From positions 1-64,000 of IMG/VR virus record IMGVR_UViG_3300048591_000348: DNA of 64,000 nucleotides; one strand, 5' to 3'. This DNA comes from a virus. The notes below the pieces were generated by a model. It made no database searches. It was given only the letters and a program-made list of their open reading frames with translations, and was not told the origin of the DNA. A program made the translations under genes and the position numbers. How positions within the stretch are numbered: position 1 is the stretch's first letter; every line of letters starts with the position of its first letter. Positions 1 through 10,219 of this stretch are shown here, one piece after another.

Positions 1-1815
1 GGCGGGACTCGGCTGCGGGGGGTGAGCCGCTGCCGATGACGGGGGCGGTGGATTGGTGTTGCCTGATGACGGGGGCGGGGCGCCATCGGCCGTGTCCCGG
101 CCGTGGTGACCACCCAATGGCCCCATAAGACCGCCGAACAGGGCGCCAGCGGCGCCCGCTTCGATCATCTTTGTACCAAGGTTTGGATCGAGCGGCTTGC
201 CGGTGCCATAGGACGCGGCGACGTCGCCGATCGCCTCTTGGATTGCCTCGGTGATGCCTTCGGTCGCCATGCCGGTTGCGACGCCCTTGGCGCCGGTCTT
301 CAGCATCGATTCTTTGACCGGCTTACTCAGTGCACGCTTGGCGACCTCTTCTGCGGTTTCTTTCCCGAACCGTCTTACGAGCGCCGATCCAACCTTACCG
401 GGGAGGATGGAATCGAGGGCAGCGATCGCCGCTCCGCCGACGAACGCCGACGATGGCGCGACGGCGTTCGGGTCTTTCTCTTTGATGTTGGATTGCGTCT
501 CGCCAGTCGACATGACGAACCCCGGCGCGAACGCACCGATGATGCCGCCAATTGGTCCGCCGACAAGTGTTCCAAGCGCGGCGCCGCCAAGCATAGGCGC
601 CATGATCGGAATCTGGCTTCCGATCATTTCCTTCGCCCACTGCGTGAAGTCGCCGACGCTGCCGATCTTCGTAAACTCGGCCGCATTGCCGTAAGCCTTG
701 GCTTCCTCGTCGTTGCGTTCCCGCCCGGCCTTGCCGAAGTCCGTAAGAGCCTTGCTGCCGGTAGCCTCGCCAGCGGCTTCTACGCCAGCGTAAAGCATGC
801 CCTGCATCTGATCGACGCCACGCCCGAAGGCATCGGAGAATGTGACCGGCTTCGGCTCGCCCTTCTGAGTCGGCTGGTCACCATCGATCGTGAACCCCGG
901 CGGGGGAGGCGGCGTGGCTTCCCGCGCAACGGGAGATGCCTGCATGGGGGTGGGTCCATCGAGCGTGAACCCCGGCGGGAGAGGCGGCAGGCTTTCCCCG
1001 GAAACGGGATCTGTCTGCACGAGGATGTCGTTATCGAGCGTGAACCCCGGCGGGAGAAGCGGCAGTGCGTCCGGCTTTGGCCCGCCCAAGGCCATTCTCG
1101 TGTCGCCGCCTCCGAACCTGGCGACCTTATTCTCCCACATCTTCACAAAGTCGCGGCTCGATATGTTGTTCACATCGCCGAATGTACGCCGCATGTCGGT
1201 CGGGACGTTGCCCCATATCGCCTTCTTGGCCCAGTTTGCGCCCTTCTGCCGTCCCTCTGCCGTCGAGAACATATTCTGCCAGGCCGGCGCGTCCGGGTTG
1301 CGCCAGTGCGCATCGGCGCCGCCAACGCCCTGCTGGTGGATCAGATAAAGCTCCGCCGCCGACGGCTCCCGCCCATACCTGCGCGCGAAATCAGCGCTCT
1401 CGGCCTTCAGTTTCAGAGCTGCGGCGCCGGCGTTGGCTGTGGGGTCATAGATGTCGCCCTGCCCGCCATGGCGCGCAAACTCACCATCCGAAAGCTGGAA
1501 CAGCCCCTTGTAGCTACCCGTCCTGGTGCGCGGGTTGCCACTGGATTCGATCGCGGCGAACGTCGACAGGATGTTCCGGTCGAGACCATATTTCGATGCG
1601 GCTTCATCGAGAACGTCGTCGATCTCGGGAGCGAACCGGCGACCACGCGGCGCCGTCACGGATGGGGTGGGCTGGATCTTGTCGGATCTTAGCCCCGACA
1701 AGTCCGGCACAACCGGAATCTGAGCGATGGCGGGCACGCCGAGGTCCGGCTCGTCCAGGGAATAGCCGGGCGGCAACGGCGGCAAGGTGCCGTCGAAGAG
1801 GTCATCGGTTGCCAT
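1..1815 (-). CDS. Large internal virion/ejection protein with N-terminal lytic transglycosylase (SLT-like) domain; runs off the window start
   Basis: Read manually (missing from the ORF track because no stop is in the window): ATG at 1815, MATDDLFDGTLPPLPPGYSLD...AASKYGLD...FAAIESSGNP...YKGLFQL...IYDPTANA (SLT motifs ES, GLFQ), then Gly/Ala-rich hydrophobic helices. Confidence 0.85.
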   Translation of the reverse strand, partial: MATDDLFDGTLPPLPPGYSLDEPDLGVPAIAQIPVVPDLSGLRSDKIQPTPSVTAPRGRRFAPEIDDVLDEAASKYGLDRNILSTFAAIESSGNPRTRTGSYKGLFQLSDGEFARHGGQGDIYDPTANAGAAALKLKAESADFARRYGREPSAAELYLIHQQGVGGADAHWRNPDAPAWQNMFSTAEGRQKGANWAKKAIWGNVPTDMRRTFGDVNNISSRDFVKMWENKVARFGGGDTRMALGGPKPDALPLLPPGFTLDNDILVQTDPVSGESLPPLPPGFTLDGPTPMQASPVAREATPPPPPGFTIDGDQPTQKGEPKPVTFSDAFGRGVDQMQGMLYAGVEAAGEATGSKALTDFGKAGRERNDEEAKAYGNAAEFTKIGSVGDFTQWAKEMIGSQIPIMAPMLGGAALGTLVGGPIGGIIGAFAPGFVMSTGETQSNIKEKDPNAVAPSSAFVGGAAIAALDSILPGKVGSALVRRFGKETAEEVAKRALSKPVKESMLKTGAKGVATGMATEGITEAIQEAIGDVAASYGTGKPLDPNLGTKMIEAGAAGALFGGLMGPLGGHHGRDTADGAPPPSSGNTNPPPPSSAAAHPPQPSPA

Positions 1816-1869
1816 TAGATTCTCGTGATCGAGTTGAAGACGGAGAAGGAAGGGGTGGCGCCGAAAATC

Positions 1870-3006
1870 TTATTGAAACGGCTCCCACCGACCGTTCTGG
1901 AAGATCATCTTTTGGCCGTTAGGGCCGGTTGCCGTTGGCGGCTTGGCGCTCGGAGCGGCTGGCGTCTGCCCCTGGCCGCTATAGTAGCGTTCAAGCTGCT
2001 TTACCTTTTTCTCGACCGCAGCTTCTATCTCGGCCGGCCCCATCATGCCGTTTTTGTTCAGTTTGTCGATGTGCTGGGTAACTTGGTCTTGGAGCTTGAT
2101 CTTGTTCTCGAGCGACAGGTGGCCGGCGCGGGATTGCATGATCTTGTCGATCGCCGCCCGGTTGTTAACCGCGGTCTCGCTCTCCTTGCGGGTCTGGTCG
2201 CGCGTTTTAAGCCCAAGCTCCTTCTCGGATCGAGCGTCCTTGCGAACCTCGATTCCCTGATCAAACTTGAGCTTCTGGCTCGCGAGATCGGCGGCAGCCT
2301 TCTCCTTATCGCGCTTGCGCACATCATCGACCGCACCGGTCCAACCAGCGCCGAATGCTCCGACGCCCTGGCCTCGAGGGTTGTTGACGTTCATCGCGGC
2401 CCCTCGCATGGCCCCGTGCAGGATGTCGGCGATGGCGTTGGCTGTCGGATCACTCTTCATCCCGGACAACAGTTCCATAAGGCCGGGTTGCTGGGCGGGC
2501 TGCATAGAGCCCCGGTATTCTGGCGCCGGTCGCATTGGTGGAATCACGCGAAGGTCGGACGGGGACGCGGAGGTTGGTTGCTGCGATCCCCCCTCGAACA
2601 TTGCCCTTGCCTTTGCCTGATCAGAAACAGGATCGGGCATTGATCCGATTGTCGTCCCCGGAATGCTTGATGGCTTTGCGGGCTGCACGCCGGTCTGGGA
2701 TGAAGGGCCGGATGATGCGGGTGCGGTTATCGGACCAATCGGATCGAGCGTAGATGGATCCTGCCGCGCTCTCGCAAAGGCTTCGCGGAGCATGTTGGTA
2801 AGGGGATTATCCATCGCCTTGCCAATCGGATCGAACCCACCACCAGCTTCTCCTTCCGGAACCAATTGCTTCCTTAGCACCTCTCGATTCTTCAATGCCT
2901 GAGCGACGCTTCCTTGTGAGGTCTTCGGCGGCTCTGGATTGGCGAATGCAATCTCCGGATCAGACGCAGGATTGAGGGTGCTAAGCACTATCTGCCACGG
3001 GTTCAT
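1870..3006 (-). CDS. Putative ejection/internal virion protein
   Basis: Pro/Gln/Ala-rich; C-terminal TATGPNGQKMIFQNGRW; lies between other ejection genes. Confidence 0.6.
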   Translation of the reverse strand: MNPWQIVLSTLNPASDPEIAFANPEPPKTSQGSVAQALKNREVLRKQLVPEGEAGGGFDPIGKAMDNPLTNMLREAFARARQDPSTLDPIGPITAPASSGPSSQTGVQPAKPSSIPGTTIGSMPDPVSDQAKARAMFEGGSQQPTSASPSDLRVIPPMRPAPEYRGSMQPAQQPGLMELLSGMKSDPTANAIADILHGAMRGAAMNVNNPRGQGVGAFGAGWTGAVDDVRKRDKEKAAADLASQKLKFDQGIEVRKDARSEKELGLKTRDQTRKESETAVNNRAAIDKIMQSRAGHLSLENKIKLQDQVTQHIDKLNKNGMMGPAEIEAAVEKKVKQLERYYSGQGQTPAAPSAKPPTATGPNGQKMIFQNGRWEPFQ

Positions 3007-3018
3007 GCATCAATCTCC

Positions 3019-3912
3019 TCAGATCTTGGTCGCGGCCGTACCGAGGGCAGATCCGAGGATGCTAAGCCACGGGCTGGTTCCGCCTTCTTGGGTGTTGGAT
3101 GTCGTCTTGTCCGTCGGCGTGCCCTGCAGCAAGCTCATCAGCCACGAGGTGCTGTTCTTGTCCCAGTCTCGGCCTTCAAGGAACGTGTTGTAGTCGAAGG
3201 TCTTTGCCGCGGTGTTTTGGGTGTCCTGATATTGGCCCGCGCTCAACAGCCGCTGGAGCCAGTCCTTCTGCTGGTTGTCGAGAGCCTGCGCCCCCGTCAT
3301 CTGACGGCCAAGAGCGCCCTCGGCAAGCTGCGCATTCGTCGTGCCGGCGCTAAGCGCGCGTGCCAGATCGGATTGCCGGCTCGCGACCGCATCCCGGAAT
3401 GCCTGCGACATATATTGTGCGGAGGTGTCGCCGATGGCGGTCGCTTCATTCCGGTTGATGCCATTCTCGACGATGCCGTGGCGCGCATCGCCGAATGAAC
3501 CGGACGCTGTGGCGCTGGACTTGGCCCGGTTTCGTGCCGCGTCGGCCGCCTCGCTGATCTTCCGAAGCGCCGGCGTCAAGGCGGCATCGGTGTACTTGTT
3601 CATATGCTTGTCGATGCCTTCGCCGTCGAAGATCCCCTCGGTCGAGACCGACTGGGCCGGCGCGGACATATAGCCTGTAATAGCGTCGGTCGATCCGCCC
3701 CCGCCGCCCGTGATCCAGTCGCGAAGCCCTTGGAACGCGGATCGAGAATCCTCCGACGTGCCGCCGTAAGGATTGGCGCCGGTATAGGCCGTGTACCCCT
3801 GAGACGCGATGTCGGACGCTTTCTCTGCCGTGCCCTTGGCAAGGTCCGTCAGCCAGGAAGGTAGTGACGTCGTGCTCTTCGTAGTGACCGGCTTGGCGCT
3901 GAACATGCTCAT
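3019..3912 (-). CDS. Putative DNA ejection (pilot) protein
   Basis: TTSLPSW start, GSFGDARHGI motif, hydrophobic C-terminus LSILGSALG; podovirus synteny. Confidence 0.65.
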   Translation of the reverse strand: MSMFSAKPVTTKSTTSLPSWLTDLAKGTAEKASDIASQGYTAYTGANPYGGTSEDSRSAFQGLRDWITGGGGGSTDAITGYMSAPAQSVSTEGIFDGEGIDKHMNKYTDAALTPALRKISEAADAARNRAKSSATASGSFGDARHGIVENGINRNEATAIGDTSAQYMSQAFRDAVASRQSDLARALSAGTTNAQLAEGALGRQMTGAQALDNQQKDWLQRLLSAGQYQDTQNTAAKTFDYNTFLEGRDWDKNSTSWLMSLLQGTPTDKTTSNTQEGGTSPWLSILGSALGTAATKI

Positions 3913-4388
3913 GATGTTTTGTTCCCGCTTAGAGACAGGGTGTACCCGATCGGCACGAACCCTGCTGTTTGCATGACGAGCGTCGTCGCCGTGCTCTTGG
4001 GGCGACGATCTGGATTGGTCATGGATACGAACAGTAACTTGTTGCGGGCTTGCGCCTCGGACTTGGCGGCCTTCAGGAGGGCAACGCCGACGTCCTTGGC
4101 CCGGTGGGCCGGATCGACCCAGAACCAGGCATCATTCAGGAACGTGGCGTCGGCGTACCAGAACGCAAGCTCGGTCAGTGCCAGCGTGCCGACAGGCTTT
4201 CCGCCGATGCGCGCAACCCAGCACATGTCCTCGCACATGGTGCTGAATGCCGCGTCGGCCGCCTTCTCGGGATTGAACGGCGCATACCCACCCGACGCAT
4301 GCAGTGCAATCAGCATGTCGAGGATTTCGCCGAATGCAGCCTCGTCGTTTTTTGCCCGTGAAACTGTTAGTCGCGCCCGCCTGCTCAT
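3909..4388 (-). CDS. GNAT-fold virion assembly protein
   Basis: WFWVDPAHRAKDVGVALL resembles the acetyl-CoA motif A; sits between nozzle and ejection genes. Confidence 0.7.
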   Translation of the reverse strand: MSRRARLTVSRAKNDEAAFGEILDMLIALHASGGYAPFNPEKAADAAFSTMCEDMCWVARIGGKPVGTLALTELAFWYADATFLNDAWFWVDPAHRAKDVGVALLKAAKSEAQARNKLLFVSMTNPDRRPKSTATTLVMQTAGFVPIGYTLSLSGNKTS

Positions 4389-4426
4389 GCCCCCACCCCT
4401 TGCCTATCCCCGCCCCGGTCAGATCC

Positions 4427-4918
4427 TCACCTCAATACGGTGAGGACAACGGCGCAGCGCGTGATCGTCGACGCAGAGTCGACTGAGAATCGCAGCGTGT
4501 CGCCTTCCGCAATCGCCGTGGTCCAGCCGGTGAGTGCGGAACTGTTGGATCTGTCGTCGCTTGATATCGTCGGCTTGTCTCCGGCGCAGATCGAGGATGC
4601 GGGCGGATAGTCCGCATAGGCCGCCTTCTTGATGTCGACGACAATGCTGCCGGTCTGGTCCGCGAGGAGCGTCACGGCGACAATCGTGCAGGCAAACGGC
4701 ACGAGAACGTCACCCTTGTCTCCCGTGCCGATCGCCGACCCGCCGCCGTCGATCGTCCAGGCGATCGTGCTCTTGCGCAAGCCGCCGTATCGCCGTTCGA
4801 TATCGGCGGGAGTATCGATATGGCTCGCGGTGCACAATTCGGTCACTCGCTTGATCAGCCATTCAAGCCGGCCGGGCGCGTCGAAAGGAGCGGCAGGGTT
4901 GGAAGCAACTGGCCTCAA
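4427..4918 (-). CDS. Virion structural protein (tail needle/fibre-like)
   Basis: Beta-rich C-terminal domain (IDGGGSAIGTGDKG...GSIVVDI); overlaps the nozzle stop. Confidence 0.45.
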   Translation of the reverse strand: MRPVASNPAAPFDAPGRLEWLIKRVTELCTASHIDTPADIERRYGGLRKSTIAWTIDGGGSAIGTGDKGDVLVPFACTIVAVTLLADQTGSIVVDIKKAAYADYPPASSICAGDKPTISSDDRSNSSALTGWTTAIAEGDTLRFSVDSASTITRCAVVLTVLR

Positions 4919-6690
4919 CGTCGTGCTCCGTTTCTGCCGATCTCGAGATTGACGATGCCCAGACGATAGTCGCCCCCGCGCACGTTCGAACGAACCGTCA
5001 TCCCGAAGTGGCGCCCCTCCACCCGGCAGTCGCCGATTTCGTCGGTCGGCGCCATGGTAACGATCTGCTCATCACGGATCGAGGGAGAGTTGGGGCGCTC
5101 TTTTGTGTAAATCTCGTAGGTAAGATCGCCGACCTGTCGCTGGCAATCCGGGACCAAGCCCATCACGTCCACGTTCGACTCGCTGCGCTCGATGGCGTAC
5201 AGGCCGAAGGTGATGTAGCTTTCCATGGCTTCGCCGTCGGCATCCACGCCGGTGCCATGTGAATAGACCACGCCGGCGTCATCCACGAGCAACATGGAAC
5301 TTTCCGCCGAGCGATACGGCGTTCCGCCCGTGCGCTCGAGCGTACCTACGGTCCAGCTATAGACGCCATCGAGCGTCACGTCGACGTAGCTGTCTGGCTC
5401 CGTGTGGCCAGTCGAGCAATAATGCCAGCGCACCTGGCCCTGGTTCTGGTCGTAAATGCAGAACGCCTTGGTAACTTGCGCCTTGTCCATGCGGCTCGTG
5501 ACGTAGTCCAGGACGTCGTCCGCGTTCGGGATGCTCTGGACGCCGGCCGCGTACATATGGAAGCCATCTCCCGACCACCAGAAGGCGACGCCGGAAACCC
5601 TTGCAAAGGCCAGCGGACCGATCAGCCCGCAGTGAGTGCCGACAAGCCGGGAATCGTAGATGAAGTCTGAGCCGGTGAACTGGAACAGGTAGACGCTGGT
5701 GTCGGACCAGACGAGATTGATCCCGTCCGACAGGGGCGTGCCGTTGACGAGTCTGGATCCAGACTGAAGCGTCCGTATGTTGGCAGTATTCGATGTGGAT
5801 GGCGTCCAGTCGGTCGGGTCGTCCTGATCCGGCCAGCGCACCGTCATCGGCGTCGTGCCGTCCGCCCCCGCCCCGAGAGCAAAAACAAACCGCTCGCCCG
5901 TGACGAACATCGCCCGGCAGTAGGCCGGGGCGCCGCTCAGAGTCTCGGCCCGATCGTCGGTCGCCTCTTCCCAGAAATAGATCGTCTTCCCGTATGGAGA
6001 CGCCATGAGATCGTTGCCGTACTCGACCACGGACCAGAATCTAATCTCGGTCGGAATGCCGTCGGCTCGCGGCGTGCTCCATGTGCTGGCGCCCCACTTG
6101 CCTGCTCCCCAACCAAGGCCGACGACTCCGCCTGTCGTTCCGACATTGATCTGGTACGCGGCCTCGACCACGGCCCCGCCGCCCGTGGCATCGGACGTTG
6201 CGGCGGTGGAGTGCTCGATGATGTAATGATCTGGATCGACCACGCTGACGATCTGGTATTCCCCATCGATGGTGATGCCGCCGACGGCTGTCGCATCATC
6301 GAAGGTGACATAGTCGCCGTTGTCCGCACCATGGGTCGTGTGCGTCACGATTACGGCATGTGATCCGTTTTCAGTCTCGAACGGGTCTGCGCCGAGCGTG
6401 ACCGTTGTCCGTATCGGAGTGATGTCAGTTAGCGCGTCGTCGCCGGCCAAGGCATAGAGCTTGAGATGTGTGCCGAATGCGGCATTGGTGTTGCCGTACT
6501 TGTTCGACCACGACACGGCGCCTCGACAGATGCCGAGTAGAGCTTCTGGCACAAAGCGCACCCATCCCGACCATTTCTCGGGCTTGCCCTTGTAAAACCG
6601 GACCTTGTCGCCGTCCGTAAAGCGCCCCTTCGCGGCATTCGGGCTGTCGGTGCGGACGATGCCTGGCGGGATTTCGAGCGGGATCAGCAT
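4915..6690 (-). CDS. Tail nozzle / packaged-DNA stabilisation protein
   Basis: 591 aa, IPPGIVR...VRF start, VRWPDQDDPTDW, beta-propeller-like composition, synteny. Confidence 0.75.
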   Translation of the reverse strand: MLIPLEIPPGIVRTDSPNAAKGRFTDGDKVRFYKGKPEKWSGWVRFVPEALLGICRGAVSWSNKYGNTNAAFGTHLKLYALAGDDALTDITPIRTTVTLGADPFETENGSHAVIVTHTTHGADNGDYVTFDDATAVGGITIDGEYQIVSVVDPDHYIIEHSTAATSDATGGGAVVEAAYQINVGTTGGVVGLGWGAGKWGASTWSTPRADGIPTEIRFWSVVEYGNDLMASPYGKTIYFWEEATDDRAETLSGAPAYCRAMFVTGERFVFALGAGADGTTPMTVRWPDQDDPTDWTPSTSNTANIRTLQSGSRLVNGTPLSDGINLVWSDTSVYLFQFTGSDFIYDSRLVGTHCGLIGPLAFARVSGVAFWWSGDGFHMYAAGVQSIPNADDVLDYVTSRMDKAQVTKAFCIYDQNQGQVRWHYCSTGHTEPDSYVDVTLDGVYSWTVGTLERTGGTPYRSAESSMLLVDDAGVVYSHGTGVDADGEAMESYITFGLYAIERSESNVDVMGLVPDCQRQVGDLTYEIYTKERPNSPSIRDEQIVTMAPTDEIGDCRVEGRHFGMTVRSNVRGGDYRLGIVNLEIGRNGARR

Positions 6691-6692
6691 GC

Positions 6693-7958
6693 CTATGCGC
6701 CCGCAAAGATGATGTAATTCAGGATGATCGTCGGCTGGACGTTGTTGTGAGAATTGCCCGATCCGGTGTTGCCCGTCGAGCCGGAAACCGAGTGGCTATG
6801 ATCTCCAGCATATCCCGTGGAGTACGATGACCCGCTCCCAGCGACGACATTGCCGACGGTGCCACCGGAATAGATCTGTCCAGTCGTATAATAGTAAGCA
6901 TGAGTGTGACCGCCACCATAGGAGATCGTCAGCGAACTACCTGTGTGCGAGTGGGATGGAAGCTCCGCCGTTGCGAGCTGATGCGTTTCGGCGCCACCAA
7001 CGGCGCCGAGTGTATCGCCATCGAGCCCACCGCTTTGCCCCGTGAGTCGGTTGGCGCTCGTCCCGCCCATGTCGTCCTGTCCGGCGACGACACGTCCGCG
7101 CATGTCCGGCAGGGTGAACGTCGTGGAGCCGTTGCCGATGCCGTAGGTTACCCCGATGGTATCGAAGAGCACTTCATAGGTCGACCGTGAGATGTCCTGG
7201 CCGTAGCAGAGCAGCCACCCCGACGGCGCGCTTGCCCCGGCGAACGGCACCACGGTCCCGATGGGCAGCGCGGGCGGCGGCGCACTCCCACGCTGGTAGA
7301 GGTAGACCATGGCATTGCCGCTTGAATCGGACGCGACGACGAACGTATCACCAGACTTCGCGGCGATGTTCTTGCCGCCGGGCAGAGCGAGCGTGGTGCC
7401 ATTGTGGACGATCTTGAAGTCGCCAGCTGCCCGGACATACCTGCGCCGGTTGACGCCCGTGCCGAAGCTCGTGATGGTTGTCGTTCCCGAGATCGCCACG
7501 AACTCTGATGCCGCCCCGAGGATATCGGTCGTGGCGGCGCTCGCGATGGTAATTTCGGCTGTCTCTGCCGGCGGAGGGTTTCCATACGTGATGTCAGTGC
7601 CATCGCAAAAGATCAGGCACGTGCTGCCCTGGGTGATGGCGACTCCGGGCTGGCCGGACACTTTTGCTGTAACGGAATAGTCGCCCGTGGTGGCGTTCTC
7701 GATGATCCACGAGCCACCCCGGCCCGAGAACGTGATGGTCGCATGGGAGGACAATGTCCCGGTAACCGAGATCGCGTTGACGATCTCTTGGCTGCCGGAG
7801 AGCGACGTGTTGCCGCCCGTTGTCGAGATGGACGTGACGCTGCCGAATTTGCTGTCGATTGTGGTCAGGTTGACGTTCTCGATCACGCCCCACGTATTGT
7901 TGTTCCCGCCCGGCGTCTGAATTGTGAGTTTCAGATGCGAGGATTGCGTGTCTGCCAT
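6693..7958 (-). CDS. Tail fibre with tail-collar domain
   Basis: PIGTVVPFAG..APSGWLLCYGQ..SRSTY..LF..IG..FTLPDMRGR collar motif; HNNVQPTIILNYII end. Confidence 0.9.
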   Translation of the reverse strand: MADTQSSHLKLTIQTPGGNNNTWGVIENVNLTTIDSKFGSVTSISTTGGNTSLSGSQEIVNAISVTGTLSSHATITFSGRGGSWIIENATTGDYSVTAKVSGQPGVAITQGSTCLIFCDGTDITYGNPPPAETAEITIASAATTDILGAASEFVAISGTTTITSFGTGVNRRRYVRAAGDFKIVHNGTTLALPGGKNIAAKSGDTFVVASDSSGNAMVYLYQRGSAPPPALPIGTVVPFAGASAPSGWLLCYGQDISRSTYEVLFDTIGVTYGIGNGSTTFTLPDMRGRVVAGQDDMGGTSANRLTGQSGGLDGDTLGAVGGAETHQLATAELPSHSHTGSSLTISYGGGHTHAYYYTTGQIYSGGTVGNVVAGSGSSYSTGYAGDHSHSVSGSTGNTGSGNSHNNVQPTIILNYIIFAGA

Positions 7959-7972
7959 CTTGGGCTCTCAAC

Positions 7973-7995
7973 AAAAAAGCCGCCCGGAGGCGGCT
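7973..7995 (-). terminator. Rho-independent terminator
   Basis: AGCCGCC-TCCG-GGCGGCT followed by a T-run on the minus strand. Confidence 0.75.
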
Positions 7996-8018
7996 CGTTG
8001 TGTGGGATGCACGTCCGG

Positions 8019-8624
8019 TTAGACGTACTGATTTGTGCGCCACATCTCATTCGTGGCGTTCGCGGTTTCGATCGATCGCATCATCAAGGCGAGATAAGAC
8101 GGCGCCGCATCCGACTTCGCATGCTCGAACCCCTTGGCCATGCAGGCGTAGCGAAGCAATGATGGGTATCGGCTCGTCAGCCAATTGGTTGTGTTGGCGC
8201 CGGATAGTGGCTCCGGCTGGCGGTAGAACATCAGCGTGCCGGAGTATGCTGCACTCGGCAGGACGTCGACGTAGGCGGTCTCGCCGATGATTGCCCAGCG
8301 CGATGGCGTCCCGGTTGGTAGCGTTCCGCTGCTGTCGCGGAACTCGCCGAGCAAGCCTTCGTGGACGAAAGGCAGATCGCTTCCCCATTGATCGGGACGA
8401 AAGCCGATTGGATCAAGGAATCGCGTCGGTAGGCTTGTCGTCTGCGATCCCGCTGCGAAGGTAAGAACTTCGCGCGCGGTCATTTCTCGGACGCGGAGAT
8501 ATTGATAGATGTCGGCTTGGGCTTCGGCCAGGATCTCAGCGACGGGCAGGTCGCCTCGGTTGATCCAGTTGCTGATCGAGCCTAGTATAGATTTGCTTCC
8601 GACGAGCGTCGTATAGTCTGCCAC
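8019..8624 (-). CDS. Head-tail adaptor protein
   Basis: YTTL...LRVREM...TNWLTSRYPSLLRYA motif of podovirus adaptors. Confidence 0.75.
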   Translation of the reverse strand: MADYTTLVGSKSILGSISNWINRGDLPVAEILAEAQADIYQYLRVREMTAREVLTFAAGSQTTSLPTRFLDPIGFRPDQWGSDLPFVHEGLLGEFRDSSGTLPTGTPSRWAIIGETAYVDVLPSAAYSGTLMFYRQPEPLSGANTTNWLTSRYPSLLRYACMAKGFEHAKSDAAPSYLALMMRSIETANATNEMWRTNQYV

Positions 8625-8714
8625 TGGCTTCCGCCTTTAGTTTAGTGATCAAAGCAGTCGCGTCGCGTGTCAAGCGCTAGCTTGATTTGTTGGCGCGACA
8701 ATTTGTCTCGCGCC

Positions 8715-9134
8715 CTAGTCCTGCTCGATCTTCGACGGGAAGACCGGAACAGGCACTGGTTCCGTACGAATGCCAACCGACACCTCGAGACGCTTCAGAG
8801 CGTCCTTCAGATCGGCCATGAACTGATCTCGCGCGAGACGAGAACGAAATTCCGGGCCGCGGTGCTCGGCCTTCTCCTCCGACGTGCGGGCCAGGCGCAG
8901 CAACTGCTCCGCCAGCCTGCGGGCATCGTCCGGCGCCGCGAACTCGAGCGTGATCGTTGCCGACCCGAGCGATGCGATGATGGATGGATTGTCCTGCCGC
9001 CCGTAGTCGCCGATCATTGCGGCGACTTCGAACTCGCCGGAAAGGCCGACGCCAGTCTCGAAAGCCTCGAGATCGTCGGATTGGAGTGTGATGCGTCCGT
9101 TCGCGAGCATATTATTCGGGCTCCCGTAGCACAT
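8715..9134 (-). CDS. Hypothetical protein
   Basis: ORF within the late operon. Confidence 0.45.
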   Translation of the reverse strand: MCYGSPNNMLANGRITLQSDDLEAFETGVGLSGEFEVAAMIGDYGRQDNPSIIASLGSATITLEFAAPDDARRLAEQLLRLARTSEEKAEHRGPEFRSRLARDQFMADLKDALKRLEVSVGIRTEPVPVPVFPSKIEQD

Positions 9135-9690
9135 CGCGACGCGCCTCGTTCGCGGTGATCTTGCCCTGCGCGATCAGGAACTCGACCGCGTCGTCGCGTT
9201 CTGAGACATTGCGCCCGAACTCGGCCTTGATGGCCTTGCGCACCTCGCCCCAAAGATATTCCTTCTGCCCTCGCGCCCAGGCGAGAAGATCCACACCATG
9301 GCTGGCTGCGGCAGGTGTGGGGTTTGGTCCGGCCGGCTTGCTGGTCCGTTTTGCGGCGCGGTCATTGAACTTGAACTGCGCTTCCTTCAGGGCCTCGATG
9401 ATCGCGGACTTCGTGCCGGGGCACGACTGCCCAAGGGTCCGCGTTGCGCTCGACCGAAACGCCGGCCAAGTCAATGTGTCGGCTTGCGCCAGAAGATCGG
9501 CGACCGTCATGGGCTCGACGTTAGGGTCGGCAGGCTCGCCTTCACTGGCCTCCGCTGGCGCGCCGATCAAATTCTCATGGGCATCATAGAAGCGCCCATC
9601 CTGCTCGAAGAAGGCCGGGACGTTGCTGCCGTCCGGGATGAATGGGTCGCCGGCGAGCTTTCCGTAAGGACGGGACTTGTTGAGTCGCAT
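9112..9690 (-). CDS. Hypothetical protein
   Basis: Likely start MRLNKSRPYG after a GGGGA RBS. Confidence 0.6.
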   Translation of the reverse strand: MRLNKSRPYGKLAGDPFIPDGSNVPAFFEQDGRFYDAHENLIGAPAEASEGEPADPNVEPMTVADLLAQADTLTWPAFRSSATRTLGQSCPGTKSAIIEALKEAQFKFNDRAAKRTSKPAGPNPTPAAASHGVDLLAWARGQKEYLWGEVRKAIKAEFGRNVSERDDAVEFLIAQGKITANEARRDVLREPE

Positions 9691-9752
9691 TATCCAGTAA
9701 TCCCCCATTGATGCTGCCGGCATCTTTGCCGGCAGCATGCGTCTTCTATGCC

Positions 9753-9950
9753 TTAGCGATCCCGGCTCTTCCGAGCGGGCTTGTCGCCGTCGCCCTGCTT
9801 CAACGAATGCGAAAGATCCTTCGGACCGCCCGCGAATGAACGGCCGTGCAGAGCCTCCTTGCCGCCCTTCTCGCCATCCGAGGACCGATCCGGGCCGGTC
9901 TCGCTCATGATCTTCTGGCCGCGCGCGGCGTTCTCGCTGTCTCGTGCCAT
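9753..9950 (-). CDS. Small hypothetical protein
   Basis: MARDSEN start after AAGGA RBS. Confidence 0.5.
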   Translation of the reverse strand: MARDSENAARGQKIMSETGPDRSSDGEKGGKEALHGRSFAGGPKDLSHSLKQGDGDKPARKSRDR

Positions 9951-9982
9951 AGTCTTGGTTTCCTTTCCGTGGGCCTGCGGCC

Positions 9983-10219
9983 TCAGTAGCTGTCGTCGAA
10001 GTCCATCATCCCGTCGTACTCTCGGAACACCTCCTCGATATTCCTTGCCCGATCGGGAGAGACGAACATCGGATAGTCCGGCACGCGTGGGCGCCGGGCA
10101 TGCACCGTGTAGCCGTCCCGACTGATATCGCCGGTCTCGGCAGGATAGAGATCTCGTGTCTCGTCCGGACGAGCAAACGGCGCCCGGCAATTCCGATTGG
10201 GATCGCGGTAGCCTGCCAT
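9983..10219 (-). CDS. Small hypothetical protein
   Basis: TGATG coupling to the upstream gene. Confidence 0.55.
   Translation of the reverse strand: MAGYRDPNRNCRAPFARPDETRDLYPAETGDISRDGYTVHARRPRVPDYPMFVSPDRARNIEEVFREYDGMMDFDDSY

Noticed and set aside
103-1692. 529-aa plus-strand ORF
   Set aside because: Antisense shadow of the real minus-strand SLT-domain virion gene; no recognisable motifs
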